From Hymenobacter sp. (GTDB taxonomy: Bacteria > Bacteroidota > Bacteroidia > Cytophagales > Hymenobacteraceae), in assembly GCA_043738185.1 (NCBI GenBank), contig JAYSZD010001079.1, positions 1 to 52,685 of the forward strand: 52,685 bases of DNA. The letters run 5' to 3'. The notes below the pieces were generated by a model. It did no database searches, had not been told where the DNA came from, and saw only the letters and a program-made list of their open reading frames with translations. This document shows positions 19,110 to 29,420 of this stretch, one piece after another. Position numbers and translations under genes: made by a program. Position 1 is the first letter of the stretch; the number at the start of each line of letters is the position of its first letter.

Positions 19110-21356
19110 TTATTTAATCTGGAATAACATGACAAACCTTACTCCGGCCTCATCCTCGGGGTGTTCTGCACTTAGCCTGCCTCCGTTGCGGCTGACTGCC
19201 TCTCCGGCAATCGCTAATCCCAGACCACTGCCGGAATCAGTTTTTGTTGTAAAGCCGGGCTCGAATATTACCTGGCTTTTAATAAAATCTTCTTGGATAC
19301 CAGGGCCATTATCCCGGTACTCTATCTGTAACGTATCAGGCCTTTTGTCAACTATAAAGGAAATGCTGCGGGTCGTCTTTACCGTTTTCAGCCAGTGTAT
19401 GCTGTTTTCGACCAGATTTGTGAATGCGGCATGGAAATCAGCGGCCCATCCGAAAAAGGTTATTTCCTCGGCGCAGCTGACAGAAACGTTTATTTTATAC
19501 TGAGCCAATTCCGTCTCAAAAACGGCAAGCACCTCCAGAATAATCTTCTTGAGAACAAACTCAGACTGGCGTTCGCCTCTTCTTGCTGCCAGTGGGTCCA
19601 GTTTGCCAAACAGGCCGGCCATAATCTTTGCCTGCTGCTCAAAACCATCGGCCTTTTCAACAATTTTATTTAGCTTCTCCGCAGTAAATCCAGCTGCCAG
19701 CTGCTTGGCTGCCTTGGCTATGTATTTTGAAGAGTTCAGGAAATAACCAAGTGGCTTTCTTCCCTCGTGGAGCAGAATATGCACAATCTTTCCTACTGTG
19801 GCCTGCCCCTGGTAAATAGCAACAATCCGTTTCAGAGCGTCCGCGTTGCGGGTATTTGCTTCTTGCTGAGTGTCAATCAGCGCTATTATTTTCGTCTTGA
19901 CGTCCTCACTGACTTTACCCGAATCGAGTGTTTTTTCCACCCTCCTTTTCAGGTCCTCCAGTCTGAAAAGCTCATCGAGCTGACTCGATGTATCACGCTG
20001 CTTTCTGCTTAGGCCAGCCGTGACCCTATATTCAAAACGCCGCGCCTCCAAGATGCTGAGAATCTGCCGGCTGATTTCAATCAGACCAAAATAAGCTGCG
20101 TTCTCCCGCAATCCGTCCCGGGCACTCTTTTCCTGTAAATCCGACTCGGATTCAGAGGCCACTTGAATAAATCCGATTACCTGGTCGCTGCCTATCCGTA
20201 AAGTAGGATTCTGCACGCGCATTTTGTCCAGTAGAATCCAGTCGAATCCAGGGTCACCCAATGGCCGGATACGGAATCCGTTGCGATACACCCCTATCCC
20301 ATTGTATTCATTGAGGATGGCTTTCGCCTGACGTTTACCAATACTTTCTTTGGACCCAGGCTCCCTCAGTCCCCGGTCAATGAGGTTTTGGATAGCATCC
20401 GGCTCCCGGTCATACACCCGAAAGTCCACATCGAGCGGACCACAGTAACTCAGGTCGTACTTTTTGTTTTCCGGCAGGTGTATCTCACGGGAAACCTCCA
20501 GCACCTCACTATCATCATTGCGGTTATTATGAAATCGGAGAGTGGCGTAGCCATCAGCGTTTACATGGCCCCAGATTCTGTAATCATAGAATCTAATAAT
20601 GGGGAAGGGCTCAATTGATTCGATAACGGCAGTATCCAGCCCCGTCCACGACTCATCAAAACGCAGCTCAATAGTAAAGTCGCGTTCTTTCCCCTTTGCC
20701 CCGCCAGCTTCATCGGCTTCTCCACTGCCCGCCTTTCCGGCATCCGGCGCCTCCTCATCCGGTGTTGGTGCCAGCAGCTTCCGAAGCTCAAACCGAAGGC
20801 TGGCCATTTCCTTGTCCGTCCAGGGGTCAGCGCCTTCCATGCTGATGGTTGTGCCCTGCGACCGGCTGGTGCGGACGCTTTCAACCAGAATCAATACCTG
20901 TTCAAGATATTCAGCCTTCTCGAAGTCATCCCAGCGCAGATACAGCGTCGTCAGCTCACCACTGGCAGTCACTGTTTCCAAGAATAATTCTTTTCCAAGT
21001 ATGGAGGCAGCATAACGGCCCACTCCCTTACTACCCTGGCGCACCCGACCCAGCCTGCTGACCGGTTCATCCACTTTGAACCTTGTGGAAGGCACCATCC
21101 ATTGATTGGTGACAGTGTCAAAAGACATTCCGTCGCCGGTGTCGCTTACCTCGACAATTATCCCACCCTCGTCACCGGGTTTTTTAGAGAAGGAAACAAC
21201 GACTTTATCAGCATCTGCGTCGTAGGCATTCTTTACCAGTTCGACGACCGCAGCGTACTTATCCTTGATGAGGTTAGCACCAATTGTAAGTATGTGGCGG
21301 CCAGCAGGTCTGATTGCATAGGTTCCATTCTGAATAGGCTCGTGCATATGGCTCAA
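19110..21356 (-). CDS. GHKL ATPase-histidine kinase fusion (cytoplasmic)
   Basis: N-terminal ELVKNAYDADA, DTGDGM, GSKGVGR; C-terminal H-box LLHEGRKP, N-box NLVENS, DNGPGI, FEPGFTTK, GSGLGL; no TM segments. Confidence 0.85.
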   Translation of the reverse strand: MSHMHEPIQNGTYAIRPAGRHILTIGANLIKDKYAAVVELVKNAYDADADKVVVSFSKKPGDEGGIIVEVSDTGDGMSFDTVTNQWMVPSTRFKVDEPVSRLGRVRQGSKGVGRYAASILGKELFLETVTASGELTTLYLRWDDFEKAEYLEQVLILVESVRTSRSQGTTISMEGADPWTDKEMASLRFELRKLLAPTPDEEAPDAGKAGSGEADEAGGAKGKERDFTIELRFDESWTGLDTAVIESIEPFPIIRFYDYRIWGHVNADGYATLRFHNNRNDDSEVLEVSREIHLPENKKYDLSYCGPLDVDFRVYDREPDAIQNLIDRGLREPGSKESIGKRQAKAILNEYNGIGVYRNGFRIRPLGDPGFDWILLDKMRVQNPTLRIGSDQVIGFIQVASESESDLQEKSARDGLRENAAYFGLIEISRQILSILEARRFEYRVTAGLSRKQRDTSSQLDELFRLEDLKRRVEKTLDSGKVSEDVKTKIIALIDTQQEANTRNADALKRIVAIYQGQATVGKIVHILLHEGRKPLGYFLNSSKYIAKAAKQLAAGFTAEKLNKIVEKADGFEQQAKIMAGLFGKLDPLAARRGERQSEFVLKKIILEVLAVFETELAQYKINVSVSCAEEITFFGWAADFHAAFTNLVENSIHWLKTVKTTRSISFIVDKRPDTLQIEYRDNGPGIQEDFIKSQVIFEPGFTTKTDSGSGLGLAIAGEAVSRNGGRLSAEHPEDEAGVRFVMLFQIK

Positions 21357-21455
21357 ATATACACGGAAAACACCCCTGCTCCGGGACCTTATTTATTGGT
21401 AAATCAACTCCGCAAAGTGCCTGCAGGCACTTTCTGTCAGCCCCCGCTGTCGCTG

Positions 21456-22826
21456 CTAGACGGTCGCCCCAACCAGTGCGGTAACCTGTGATGGTATGTT
21501 GAAAAGGCTGGTTTGCTTGCCGGGCTGGGCCTTTTTCTTGACACCTGTTCTGCTGCGCGGCATCACACGCTCTTTTGGAGGTTTAGCCTGGCAGATGACG
21601 GCCACTCCTTTGAGCATGGCTAATACCTTATTGGCTATCTCCTCGGCCAGCAGTGGCGGCACAGCGTTACCAATCTGCTTGAAAATGGAAGTGCGGGAAC
21701 CTTCAAAAAAGTAGTCATCCGGAAAAGACTGTAGTCTGGCCGCCTCCCTTACCGACAACGAACGGCCCTGAGCGGCATCAGGGTGGATGTAGTAATGACC
21801 GTCTTTGTGGATGTGCGCGACAACGGTCTGAGACATTGTCAGGTCAGCAGCCACGACCTTAAAGCGGTCCACAAAGCCATCCTTGTTTTTATGGGTTTTC
21901 AGCCTTTCAGGCAGGTCATCGTATCGTAGCCTCTTATTATCTTTCCAAGCCTTGATGACCAGCTGATAGATTTCTACGTCCCGCTCCAGTTGAGGACGAG
22001 CGATGTGCTGGGTCAGAATGCCCCAGTACATCGGCCTGATTTTCGAATCCCGCAGATAATTCGTGGTTACTTCAGTACGGTAGGTACTACTGCTTCCGCC
22101 GGGCCCGATGGGAGGCAGGTCACAAAGTAGTTGCTCCACAGTGAAATTCTTAGGTTTTGTGCTCAGTTGTGGATAACCCAGCTCCGCCTCCTCTTTACGC
22201 CACCCGATGATGATGAGACGTTGCCTGCTTTGCAGCACCCCGTAATCGCCGGCGTTGCATTGCCGGATGTCCATTTTGTAACCGGATTTGTCAACAATGC
22301 GACGAATGTTGCGCAGATGTTCACCGTTTTTTGCACTCAAAAGCCCCAGCACATTCTCGAACACAAACATTTTCGGTTTGTATTTCCGCAGAAACTGTGC
22401 GTACTGGACATAAAGGAAATTGCGCGGGTCGGTCTTCATCCCCTTCATCCGGGAACGACCGGCTACCGAGTACGCCTGGCAGGGTGGACCACCAATGATG
22501 AGGTCTACTTTACCTTCCTCACCAAGCAGGGTATCAACCTTTGTAAAAATCGTTTCCTGAGTTTCATTGCTGATAGCGTAGTTCAGCACTGATTTTATTT
22601 CTTCCGGGGCGTACTCATACAATTCATCGCGGGACATATGGCCGCGCAGGTAAGTTTTATACAGGTCCAGACGGTCATCTTCCAGTAGTCTGTAGTAGGC
22701 CAGCCGGGTTTTCAGAGTCTGGCAGGCATCAGCGTCCATTTCCACGTGCGCGACAGGTTTAAAGCCCGCACGGAGAAATCCTTCGGACAAGCCACCGGCT
22801 CCTGCAAATAGGTCTATATAGTTCAT
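21456..22826 (-). CDS. DNA (cytosine-5)-methyltransferase
   Basis: [42 protein letters not shown]; start at ATG 22826. Confidence 0.95.
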   Translation of the reverse strand: MNYIDLFAGAGGLSEGFLRAGFKPVAHVEMDADACQTLKTRLAYYRLLEDDRLDLYKTYLRGHMSRDELYEYAPEEIKSVLNYAISNETQETIFTKVDTLLGEEGKVDLIIGGPPCQAYSVAGRSRMKGMKTDPRNFLYVQYAQFLRKYKPKMFVFENVLGLLSAKNGEHLRNIRRIVDKSGYKMDIRQCNAGDYGVLQSRQRLIIIGWRKEEAELGYPQLSTKPKNFTVEQLLCDLPPIGPGGSSSTYRTEVTTNYLRDSKIRPMYWGILTQHIARPQLERDVEIYQLVIKAWKDNKRLRYDDLPERLKTHKNKDGFVDRFKVVAADLTMSQTVVAHIHKDGHYYIHPDAAQGRSLSVREAARLQSFPDDYFFEGSRTSIFKQIGNAVPPLLAEEIANKVLAMLKGVAVICQAKPPKERVMPRSRTGVKKKAQPGKQTSLFNIPSQVTALVGATV

Positions 22827-22901
22827 TGCAAATACTAAGCACTTCTGCGGTACTGCTGACGCGCTGAGCGCGTGCAAGTACGACATAAAGCACCATTCTT
22901 G

Positions 22902-23327
22902 CTAACGTGCCTGGCTACTGATTGTTGAAAAAAGCTCCTTCAGGGTGTGCTCGCGGATGGCGGGCTTCAACTCACATTCCCACACTGTCAGGACTTTCCA
23001 GCCTGCCGCCGTCAGTTCGTTCTGTTGCCGTTCATCGTTGGCAACATTGCGCCCGATTTTATTCAACCAGAATTCAGTACGCGTTTTTGGCACTACGAAG
23101 TACCGGCATCCTTCGTGGCGGTGCCAGAAGCACCCATGCACAAAAACGACTGTCCTATACTTAGGCAGAACTATGTCCGGCTTGCCTGGCAGGTTCCGGT
23201 CGTGGAGCCGATAACGCATCCCATGTGCGTGCAGGTAATGCCGTACCAGTATCTCAGGCTTGGTATCCTTGCCTTTAATCTGCGACATGTTATAGCTGCG
23301 GGTAGCGGGGGAGTGGACGTCTGACAT
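22902..23327 (-). CDS. vsr: Very short patch repair endonuclease
   Basis: RSYNMSQIKGKDTKPE, PGKPDIV, FVHGCFWHRH, VWECE. Confidence 0.93.
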   Translation of the reverse strand: MSDVHSPATRSYNMSQIKGKDTKPEILVRHYLHAHGMRYRLHDRNLPGKPDIVLPKYRTVVFVHGCFWHRHEGCRYFVVPKTRTEFWLNKIGRNVANDERQQNELTAAGWKVLTVWECELKPAIREHTLKELFSTISSQAR

Positions 23328-23456
23328 GAATATTCAAACGTCAGTTTTCCTGAGAAGGTGCACGAAAACGGCTTGGAAGACCGGCTGGCGCGGGGTTGTC
23401 CGGACCTTTGAAGCAAAGTTTTCGGAAAAGAACGACATTGACCTGAGCGGAGTCCC

Positions 23457-24014
23457 TTATTCGCTGGCTAGGTCCCACTCGACTAGCAGGAAGTTCTCCG
23501 GCTCCAAGCCCACCTGCAAAGCCGCCTCCAGCCAACGCGGCTGCGTGGGACGGATTCGGTCTTTTTTATGGCGTTTGAGTTCAGCGAACACCACGGACTC
23601 ACCATTCCAGCAGACCACATCCCAACACCCCGCGTAGCTGTTGCCGTTGGCCTTCGCAATGCCAGCCAGCAGCTCCTGAATTGTCGGGTCAGAGATGGGG
23701 TCGTGTTGCTGGCCGGCTAGGCCGGCATCGGCCCAAGCTCTAAGATGTTTGGGATTCATGGCCCCGGCCCCGTAGGTTTCCACCCACCGGGCCTGCCAGC
23801 CGGACAGCCGGACCAGTTCGTACACGCAAAGCTCGGCAAATACGGGCCGGCCGCCGAAGTCAATCAGCGGTTTGTTGCCGAAGGTGTTGCTGATGGGGGC
23901 ACCAGCCCACTGGCATAGTCGAAGCTCAACCTTCGGGACGGTCAGTTCCCGGCCAGCACTCACCATGGTCTCTGTGGTAGTGGGCCTTAAAAGGCTGGGA
24001 TAGGTTAAGCTCAT
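23457..24014 (-). CDS. VRR-NUC-like PD-(D/E)XK nuclease
   Basis: GCWDVVCW...FAELKRHKKDRIRPTQPRWL. Confidence 0.65.
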   Translation of the reverse strand: MSLTYPSLLRPTTTETMVSAGRELTVPKVELRLCQWAGAPISNTFGNKPLIDFGGRPVFAELCVYELVRLSGWQARWVETYGAGAMNPKHLRAWADAGLAGQQHDPISDPTIQELLAGIAKANGNSYAGCWDVVCWNGESVVFAELKRHKKDRIRPTQPRWLEAALQVGLEPENFLLVEWDLASE

Positions 24015-24070
24015 TATGCGGGGTGCTCGGTTACTGGATGGTTACGCAAAGATTAACTGCTGCTATACCG

Positions 24071-24376
24071 TCAATGTGTGGTCTCCATTCTATCATGCCC
24101 GTTGTATCGATTCTGGTAGCGGTGCAACTCAGATGTGTAAAAGCCCCATTCCTTCTTGTTGATGCGAACCCCTTTGAGCCTGCCCGCCCGCCGCGCTTTG
24201 CGAATCCCTTCCGGAGTCATCCCTAAGCGGGCAGCGGCCTGCCGCACGTTCAGGATTTCATCGACTGGTAACGCCGCTTTTTCTTTGGCTTGCTGTTGCC
24301 CGGCTTCCTCTAGGCGCGCCACGCGACTCACCAAGTCTTTCCACTCCGATTCGGGAATTAACACGAACGCTTGCAT
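24071..24376 (-). CDS. Excisionase-like HTH DNA-binding protein
   Basis: ILNVRQAAARLGMTPEGIRKARRAGRLKGVR. Confidence 0.75.
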   Translation of the reverse strand: MQAFVLIPESEWKDLVSRVARLEEAGQQQAKEKAALPVDEILNVRQAAARLGMTPEGIRKARRAGRLKGVRINKKEWGFYTSELHRYQNRYNGHDRMETTH

Positions 24377-24496
24377 GGCGACTCAAAGCAGTGGTTGAAC
24401 GTACCCCGCTCCTGCCCTAGACGGGAGGTTCACCAAGTTAGTTTAAGATTGTGTGCCTAGTTTACCACTTGAATTATTTCTCATCTCCTGTTTGCT

Positions 24497-24751
24497 ATGA
24501 CGTCGGAGCAACTGGAAAGCCTGTTGGCGCAAGGCTAAGGCATCGACATCGAGTACAAGCAAGCCCGGCACGCGTTACCCAAAGACGTGTTTGAGAGCGT
24601 GTGCGTCTTTCTGAACCGGCAGGGCGGGCACCTGATTCTGGGCGCTGGCAACGACGGCACCCCTACGCTGAGCTATTCCTTTGACGAGGCCCGCGAAGTG
24701 CCGGGGCCGCCTTCCCAAGAGGGTGAAGCCTTGGTCAACACGCCGGAATAA
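24497..24751 (+). pseudogene. Truncated Schlafen/AlbA_2-domain pseudogene
   Basis: MTSEQLESLLAQG*GIDIEYKQARHALPKDVFESVCVFLNRQGGHLILGAGNDG; in-frame TAA at 24536-24538 in place of a conserved Glu. Confidence 0.75.
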
Positions 24752-24846
24752 GGTACAGCACTCACTTCCTGCAGACTGCCTAGCTAGTTCCTGGGCACTC
24801 TGGCGCTAGCTTCGCGCCGAGCCTTTCTACACGGCTACTAAACGCT

Positions 24847-26124
24847 ATGAATGTATCACTTCTGCTCGGGTCGGGCTTCTCCATTCCCATCGGTTATCCT
24901 TCGGTAACGGAAATTAGCGACGTGATTCGCCAGATTCGCGCCGAAGGCATTTACGTCGCCTCAGACGGTACGGCAGGCCTACGAAAAGAATTTTTGCGCC
25001 AACTGAAAGCGGGCACTGCCGCGCAGTATGCAGAACCCGTTGACCAGTCCCGGGGAAATCCAACGGCCCGTAAAGCCCTTGAAGCAACGATTTGTTATTT
25101 TTATGACCATTTGGGTGGCGGCAACTACGAAGCGCTGTACGACGCTCTGATTCAACTAAAAGAGGGTAAAGATGGGCTAAACGAGTCCCCGGAATTTCTG
25201 CAAGCATGCGCGCGGGTTAGCCTGATACCGGACCCGTCCGCGGAAAACCCGGCGCAGGAATGGGCGCATCGTCTCCACCAGGGGCTGTACATGGCCGAGA
25301 AAATACTTAATCAGTTACTGCAGCAGCTCCTTATACCCGAAGCGGAGCCGCGTCTTCCGACTTGTTATGGTGACCTGTGCCGATTGCTCGCCCGCCACAG
25401 CACCCTGAATGAGTTTTATATCCACACCCTCAACCACGACCTCTTCTTGGAAAAGCTGATGAGCGGCACATTCGACTTCACGCACGGCGTCTCTTTTTCC
25501 GAGGGTTTTGAGGAGTTGGGTTCCCCATTTTATGGGGATTACGGGGGCTTCAAGGTGAGGCTTAGCCAGTACACCGGGCAGTATAACGCTCCGGTGCAGC
25601 TGTATAAGCTACACGGTAGCCTAGACTACTGGCTGTTTCATGAAAACGGGGCGGACCCGGGCCACTACGTCCCTACGGTAGTACAGAAGCCAGACCAGGT
25701 AGCTCCCTATGAGATTTTTCGGGAGACGGAAAGGAAGGGAAAGCTGCAATACATTCAGGACATCACCAATTACCATCCGCTCTTTCTGAGCGGTGTCGAC
25801 TACAAAAAGCGGTGGTATGAGTATCCCCATTTTTTCAAACGTCTGCTGACAAACTTTCGCACCAATCTGGCAAAATCGGACGTGTTGCTGGTCATTGGCT
25901 ACGGCTTCCGCGACGAGGGCATCAACGAACTACTTGCACCCTTGCTGAACGACTCCGCTAAAAAGGTAATAATCATCGACAAGTACCCGATTCAAAATCC
26001 GCTGGTGCAGGAAGAAATGGTAAGGCTTGGCGGGCTGGAAAGCTTTGATTTTCGCGAACTTGAGGAACTGCTTGATAAACCGGCGACCCCACGGGGCGTC
26101 ATTGATTTAATGGACTACGATTAA
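24847..26124 (+). CDS. SIR2-like (SIR2_2) domain protein
   Basis: LLLGSGFS, TLNHD, LYKLHGSLD, LVIGYGFRDEGIN. Confidence 0.85.
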   Translation: MNVSLLLGSGFSIPIGYPSVTEISDVIRQIRAEGIYVASDGTAGLRKEFLRQLKAGTAAQYAEPVDQSRGNPTARKALEATICYFYDHLGGGNYEALYDALIQLKEGKDGLNESPEFLQACARVSLIPDPSAENPAQEWAHRLHQGLYMAEKILNQLLQQLLIPEAEPRLPTCYGDLCRLLARHSTLNEFYIHTLNHDLFLEKLMSGTFDFTHGVSFSEGFEELGSPFYGDYGGFKVRLSQYTGQYNAPVQLYKLHGSLDYWLFHENGADPGHYVPTVVQKPDQVAPYEIFRETERKGKLQYIQDITNYHPLFLSGVDYKKRWYEYPHFFKRLLTNFRTNLAKSDVLLVIGYGFRDEGINELLAPLLNDSAKKVIIIDKYPIQNPLVQEEMVRLGGLESFDFRELEELLDKPATPRGVIDLMDYD

Positions 26125-26307
26125 TCGCAGTTCATGCTATTCTGGCTTGGACAGGGTCCGGAACGAAACGGGGGGTATACCAATGGGATTTCCCGGTGGA
26201 GCATTCACCGGGTGGTATTAGGGGTTATGGATGAACTGCCCCAGTAATGGCGGTGCCCAAAAAGGTCCGCATCGGCCGCTTTCGAGCCGCACAGAAAGAG
26301 CCAAAAG

Positions 26308-26339
26308 GAAGCCCCGGCTGCTGGTACAGCCGGGGCTTC
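26308..26339 (-). terminator. Putative intrinsic terminator between the convergent SIR2 and HNH genes
   Basis: 13-bp perfect stem GAAGCCCCGGCTG/CAGCCGGGGCTTC followed by CTTTT on the minus strand. Confidence 0.55.
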
Positions 26340-26535
26340 GGAAGCGGGTGGCGGGACACCTTGGCTTCTATCTCATGAAACGGGACCTAAAAGTACGCTT
26401 TCTGACGGAACCAGCCTACAGCAATTTGCGCCGCGCGGAATGCCGGCTTAGAAAGCACCGTGATGTGGCACCGGCGGCCGGATGCCCCAATGATGGCGGG
26501 AATGCAGTTGCGGACGAGTTTGGGTACGGCATGTG

Positions 26536-27702
26536 CTAGAAGCGCTGGACGTAGCGGGCAGCGGCCACGTCGTCGATGAACCGTACGGCGCGGTTGGCCA
26601 GAGTGGCGGCAAAGGTATGGTCGGCGCGCAGGTCGGCAAAGCGCAGGGCGGCGTCCTCCCGCACGGCTTTCTGCAGCGCGGGCGACTGGTGGTAGGTGCT
26701 GTACGCCGCTTTCAGCAGGGGCTCGGCGGCGGAAAGGCGCCGGGCATCGGGCACCTTGTCGCGCTTGATGTACTGATTGAATTCGCGGTCCACGGGCAGC
26801 AGGTTCCAGAGTTCATTGACGGGGTACACGGCTAATGGTAGCAGGTGGTCGAGGTCGTAGTGCTGCGGCTGGGTGAGGCGCTTCTGCGTCCAGGGGCAGG
26901 TGAAATAATGGTTTTCGTGCAGCAGAATGTCGACCTGGTTGCGCTCCCACGACAGCGGGCGGCGGTTGTCGGGACGGGCGGTGAGCAGGGTATATACCTC
27001 GCCACGGGCAGCTTGGTGGTCGTGGTCTTGGGTGACCCCTTCGGTGAACAGGCACCACTCGTGCAGGCACAGGGCTTCGACGTAGAGCGAGAGCCGGTGA
27101 AAGGCTTCCCACAGACTGGCCGGCACCATGACGCAAACGTCCGAAGGCAGGGTGCCAGGCAGCGGGAGAATAGAAGGTAGCAGCTGGTCGTAGCGGGCGG
27201 GTGCATCAAACACCGACCAGTGGCCCGGGCCGGCATACTTGATGGGCATCTGCAAGGCTTTGGCCGTGGCCGCGACGGTTTGCCGGTACGCCTGCTGCAG
27301 CACGGGCGGGTAGGTGGCGCGCCGACGGGGCGTGCGCATCTCGGTAAGCAGAAAGAAGCCGTCGGCGGGCTGTGGTGCTAGCTGCACCAGCTGCTGCCAC
27401 TCCGTGCGCAGGTGGGTGAGGGCAGGACGGAAGGCCACGTCGTTGCGAACGGCCTCGTCGCGGGTGGCGCGGGCGCCCTGATAGATGGGGTATTGAGTAT
27501 CAGCAAATGGCCAGTAGTAGGCCACCCACAACTCGGCCGGGCGGCTCAGAGGTACGGCCACGGCTTGGCCCTGCCGGGCCACGTCGGGGTACATCAGCAC
27601 CACGTCATTGACAGCTCGCAACAGCGCTATTTTGTAGCTGGTGGTTTTGGTGTCGTGCTTGAGGATGGTGGCGATGGCTTGCTCACCGAGAATGACGGGC
27701 AT
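26536..27702 (-). CDS. HNH endonuclease domain protein
   Basis: KTTSYKIALLRA N-terminus; CPWT...YDLDHLLP...NELWNLLP...FNQYIKRDK. Confidence 0.8.
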   Translation of the reverse strand: MPVILGEQAIATILKHDTKTTSYKIALLRAVNDVVLMYPDVARQGQAVAVPLSRPAELWVAYYWPFADTQYPIYQGARATRDEAVRNDVAFRPALTHLRTEWQQLVQLAPQPADGFFLLTEMRTPRRRATYPPVLQQAYRQTVAATAKALQMPIKYAGPGHWSVFDAPARYDQLLPSILPLPGTLPSDVCVMVPASLWEAFHRLSLYVEALCLHEWCLFTEGVTQDHDHQAARGEVYTLLTARPDNRRPLSWERNQVDILLHENHYFTCPWTQKRLTQPQHYDLDHLLPLAVYPVNELWNLLPVDREFNQYIKRDKVPDARRLSAAEPLLKAAYSTYHQSPALQKAVREDAALRFADLRADHTFAATLANRAVRFIDDVAAARYVQRF

Positions 27703-27810
27703 TGAGGGGCTAAAAAGTTATCGGAAACGATTCAAAACAAGTCACACTAATGATTTATAAGCCAGCAAATTACTCATCGGAATTGGTATCGGAATTCATC
27801 CAGCCATCTT

Positions 27811-28698
27811 TCAGCTCGTGGGGCCATTATCAACCCGCGCTTCCACAGCCTGCTGCACGGCTGTCGGCACAGCGGAGAGCAGGTCAAGGCCGGTAGCGGT
27901 TTCGATGGCGTCGACGCTGGTGCGGTAGGTACCCCAGGTGGTGCTGATAGCGTTGTCGTTGGGGGTGTCGATGGCGATGACGCGGGTGCCGGCGGTGACG
28001 CGGGTGGCGTCGTCAGCGCCAAGAGGTAGAATAACCATGACTTTCCAGCAGCGGGCGGGTACTGTGACGCGGCCTTGGTCGAGGGTCGTCAGGTAGCCGT
28101 TCGTGCCGGTCCCTCCCCTGCCGTAGGAGCCTGCGATGACATATACTTCGTTGCCGGTAGCCAACTGGTCACGGCAGTAGTCTTCCAGGTTGGCCCACGT
28201 CTGCTGGTTGTTGCGCGGGGCCTGAGGCATCATGTTGGTCATCAGGAACGTGGCCGAGTTGTCGGTCACTGTGCTGGTGCGGTCGGCGCTGGGACAGAGG
28301 TGACCACGGTCAAAGCCCGAGCCGGTGTAGCTGCTGGACTGTACCTGGTACCAGCCGGCCGGCAGGGTGTTATCGGCACGGAAGTCGTCCTGGCGGGCGG
28401 CCGGCCCGCGCCAGTCGGCACTTAGGTGCCAGCTCACCCAATTGGGAATGCCGCGGTCGCGGTGGTAGCTCAAAGCGTACTGCGGCTTGCTGAGCAGGTA
28501 GTTGGTGGGCTGGGCTATGTCCGCGATGGCGCCGCTGGGATTGCCGAGGGTGAGGTGCTCGGAGAGGGGCTGAGTGGGCGTTACAGGACCTGCCGGCGGC
28601 GTGGGAGAACCCGGGGTCACGGCTTCCTTTTGACAAGCAGCCAGCAACAGACATAGGGCCAGCGCAGGAAAGCGCAAAGAGGGCAACAGCTTTTGCAT
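27811..28698 (-). CDS. DNA/RNA non-specific endonuclease (NucA-like) lipoprotein
   Basis: Lipobox LAAC; PNWVSW, FDRGHLCPSAD, TFLMTNMMPQ, NNQQTWANLE. Confidence 0.9.
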   Translation of the reverse strand: MQKLLPSLRFPALALCLLLAACQKEAVTPGSPTPPAGPVTPTQPLSEHLTLGNPSGAIADIAQPTNYLLSKPQYALSYHRDRGIPNWVSWHLSADWRGPAARQDDFRADNTLPAGWYQVQSSSYTGSGFDRGHLCPSADRTSTVTDNSATFLMTNMMPQAPRNNQQTWANLEDYCRDQLATGNEVYVIAGSYGRGGTGTNGYLTTLDQGRVTVPARCWKVMVILPLGADDATRVTAGTRVIAIDTPNDNAISTTWGTYRTSVDAIETATGLDLLSAVPTAVQQAVEARVDNGPTS

Positions 28699-28893
28699 CG
28701 GGAAGCAGTAAGTACCCGGCAAAGGTCAGGGATTTACTGTGCTTTCCTATCCCCAGCACGAGGATGCATGGGACTGAGATGACATGAGGTCTGTTACAGC
28801 GCTCAACAGCAGCCGCAGAGATGACCTATGGATTGAAAGCTTACTTCCACGTATTTTGCGGCAGGACACAACCGGCTTTTTCCGCACTGATGT

Positions 28894-29214
28894 ATGACAG
28901 TTACCCTTTACCTGCCGGACCAGTTCCCGCAACCGGTTGAGCTTTTGCCATTGGCTGACGGCATTCACAACTCTGCACCGGTCTTTGAACAGGTTGCTAC
29001 TCTGCTGAAATGCCACCTGAGCCTAGTGGATGTATTGGCCGCCGGGTCCGGGTATGTGATTTACTCGGTATTTGACAGTGAAGACAGTCTGAACCTGCCG
29101 GCGATGGCAGTGGCCAGCAGCCTTACGGGAGTGCTCTTTGACCAAGCAGACGATGACATTGCATTGCGGGGCCCCGTTCTGGTTGTAACAGGGCTCCAGA
29201 ATTCAAGCCTGTAG
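28894..29214 (+). CDS. Hypothetical protein
   Basis: 106-aa ATG ORF with protein-like composition; no recognised family. Confidence 0.5.
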   Translation: MTVTLYLPDQFPQPVELLPLADGIHNSAPVFEQVATLLKCHLSLVDVLAAGSGYVIYSVFDSEDSLNLPAMAVASSLTGVLFDQADDDIALRGPVLVVTGLQNSSL

Positions 29215-29420
29215 CGGCCAGAACAGCATCGAAAATCATCTGCCTGCTGCGTCCCCACTCACCCCCAAACCCCCTCGGTCGTTCGGCCCGTCGGTCTGAA
29301 GAACATCTCCGGCATGTCCGACCACCTTCCGGATGTGCTTTGCTTTTTTCGGCTTCTCAGCCGAACTCCAGCCAGCTGACAGGCTGCTTATGCTTCCTGA
29401 AACAATACCTATGCTCCTGC

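Noticed and set aside
24071-24376. Excisionase-like gene as evidence of an integrase-based ICE or prophage
   Set aside because: No tyrosine or serine recombinase, att repeats, conjugation or phage genes were seen; the boundaries are explained by DDE transposition.
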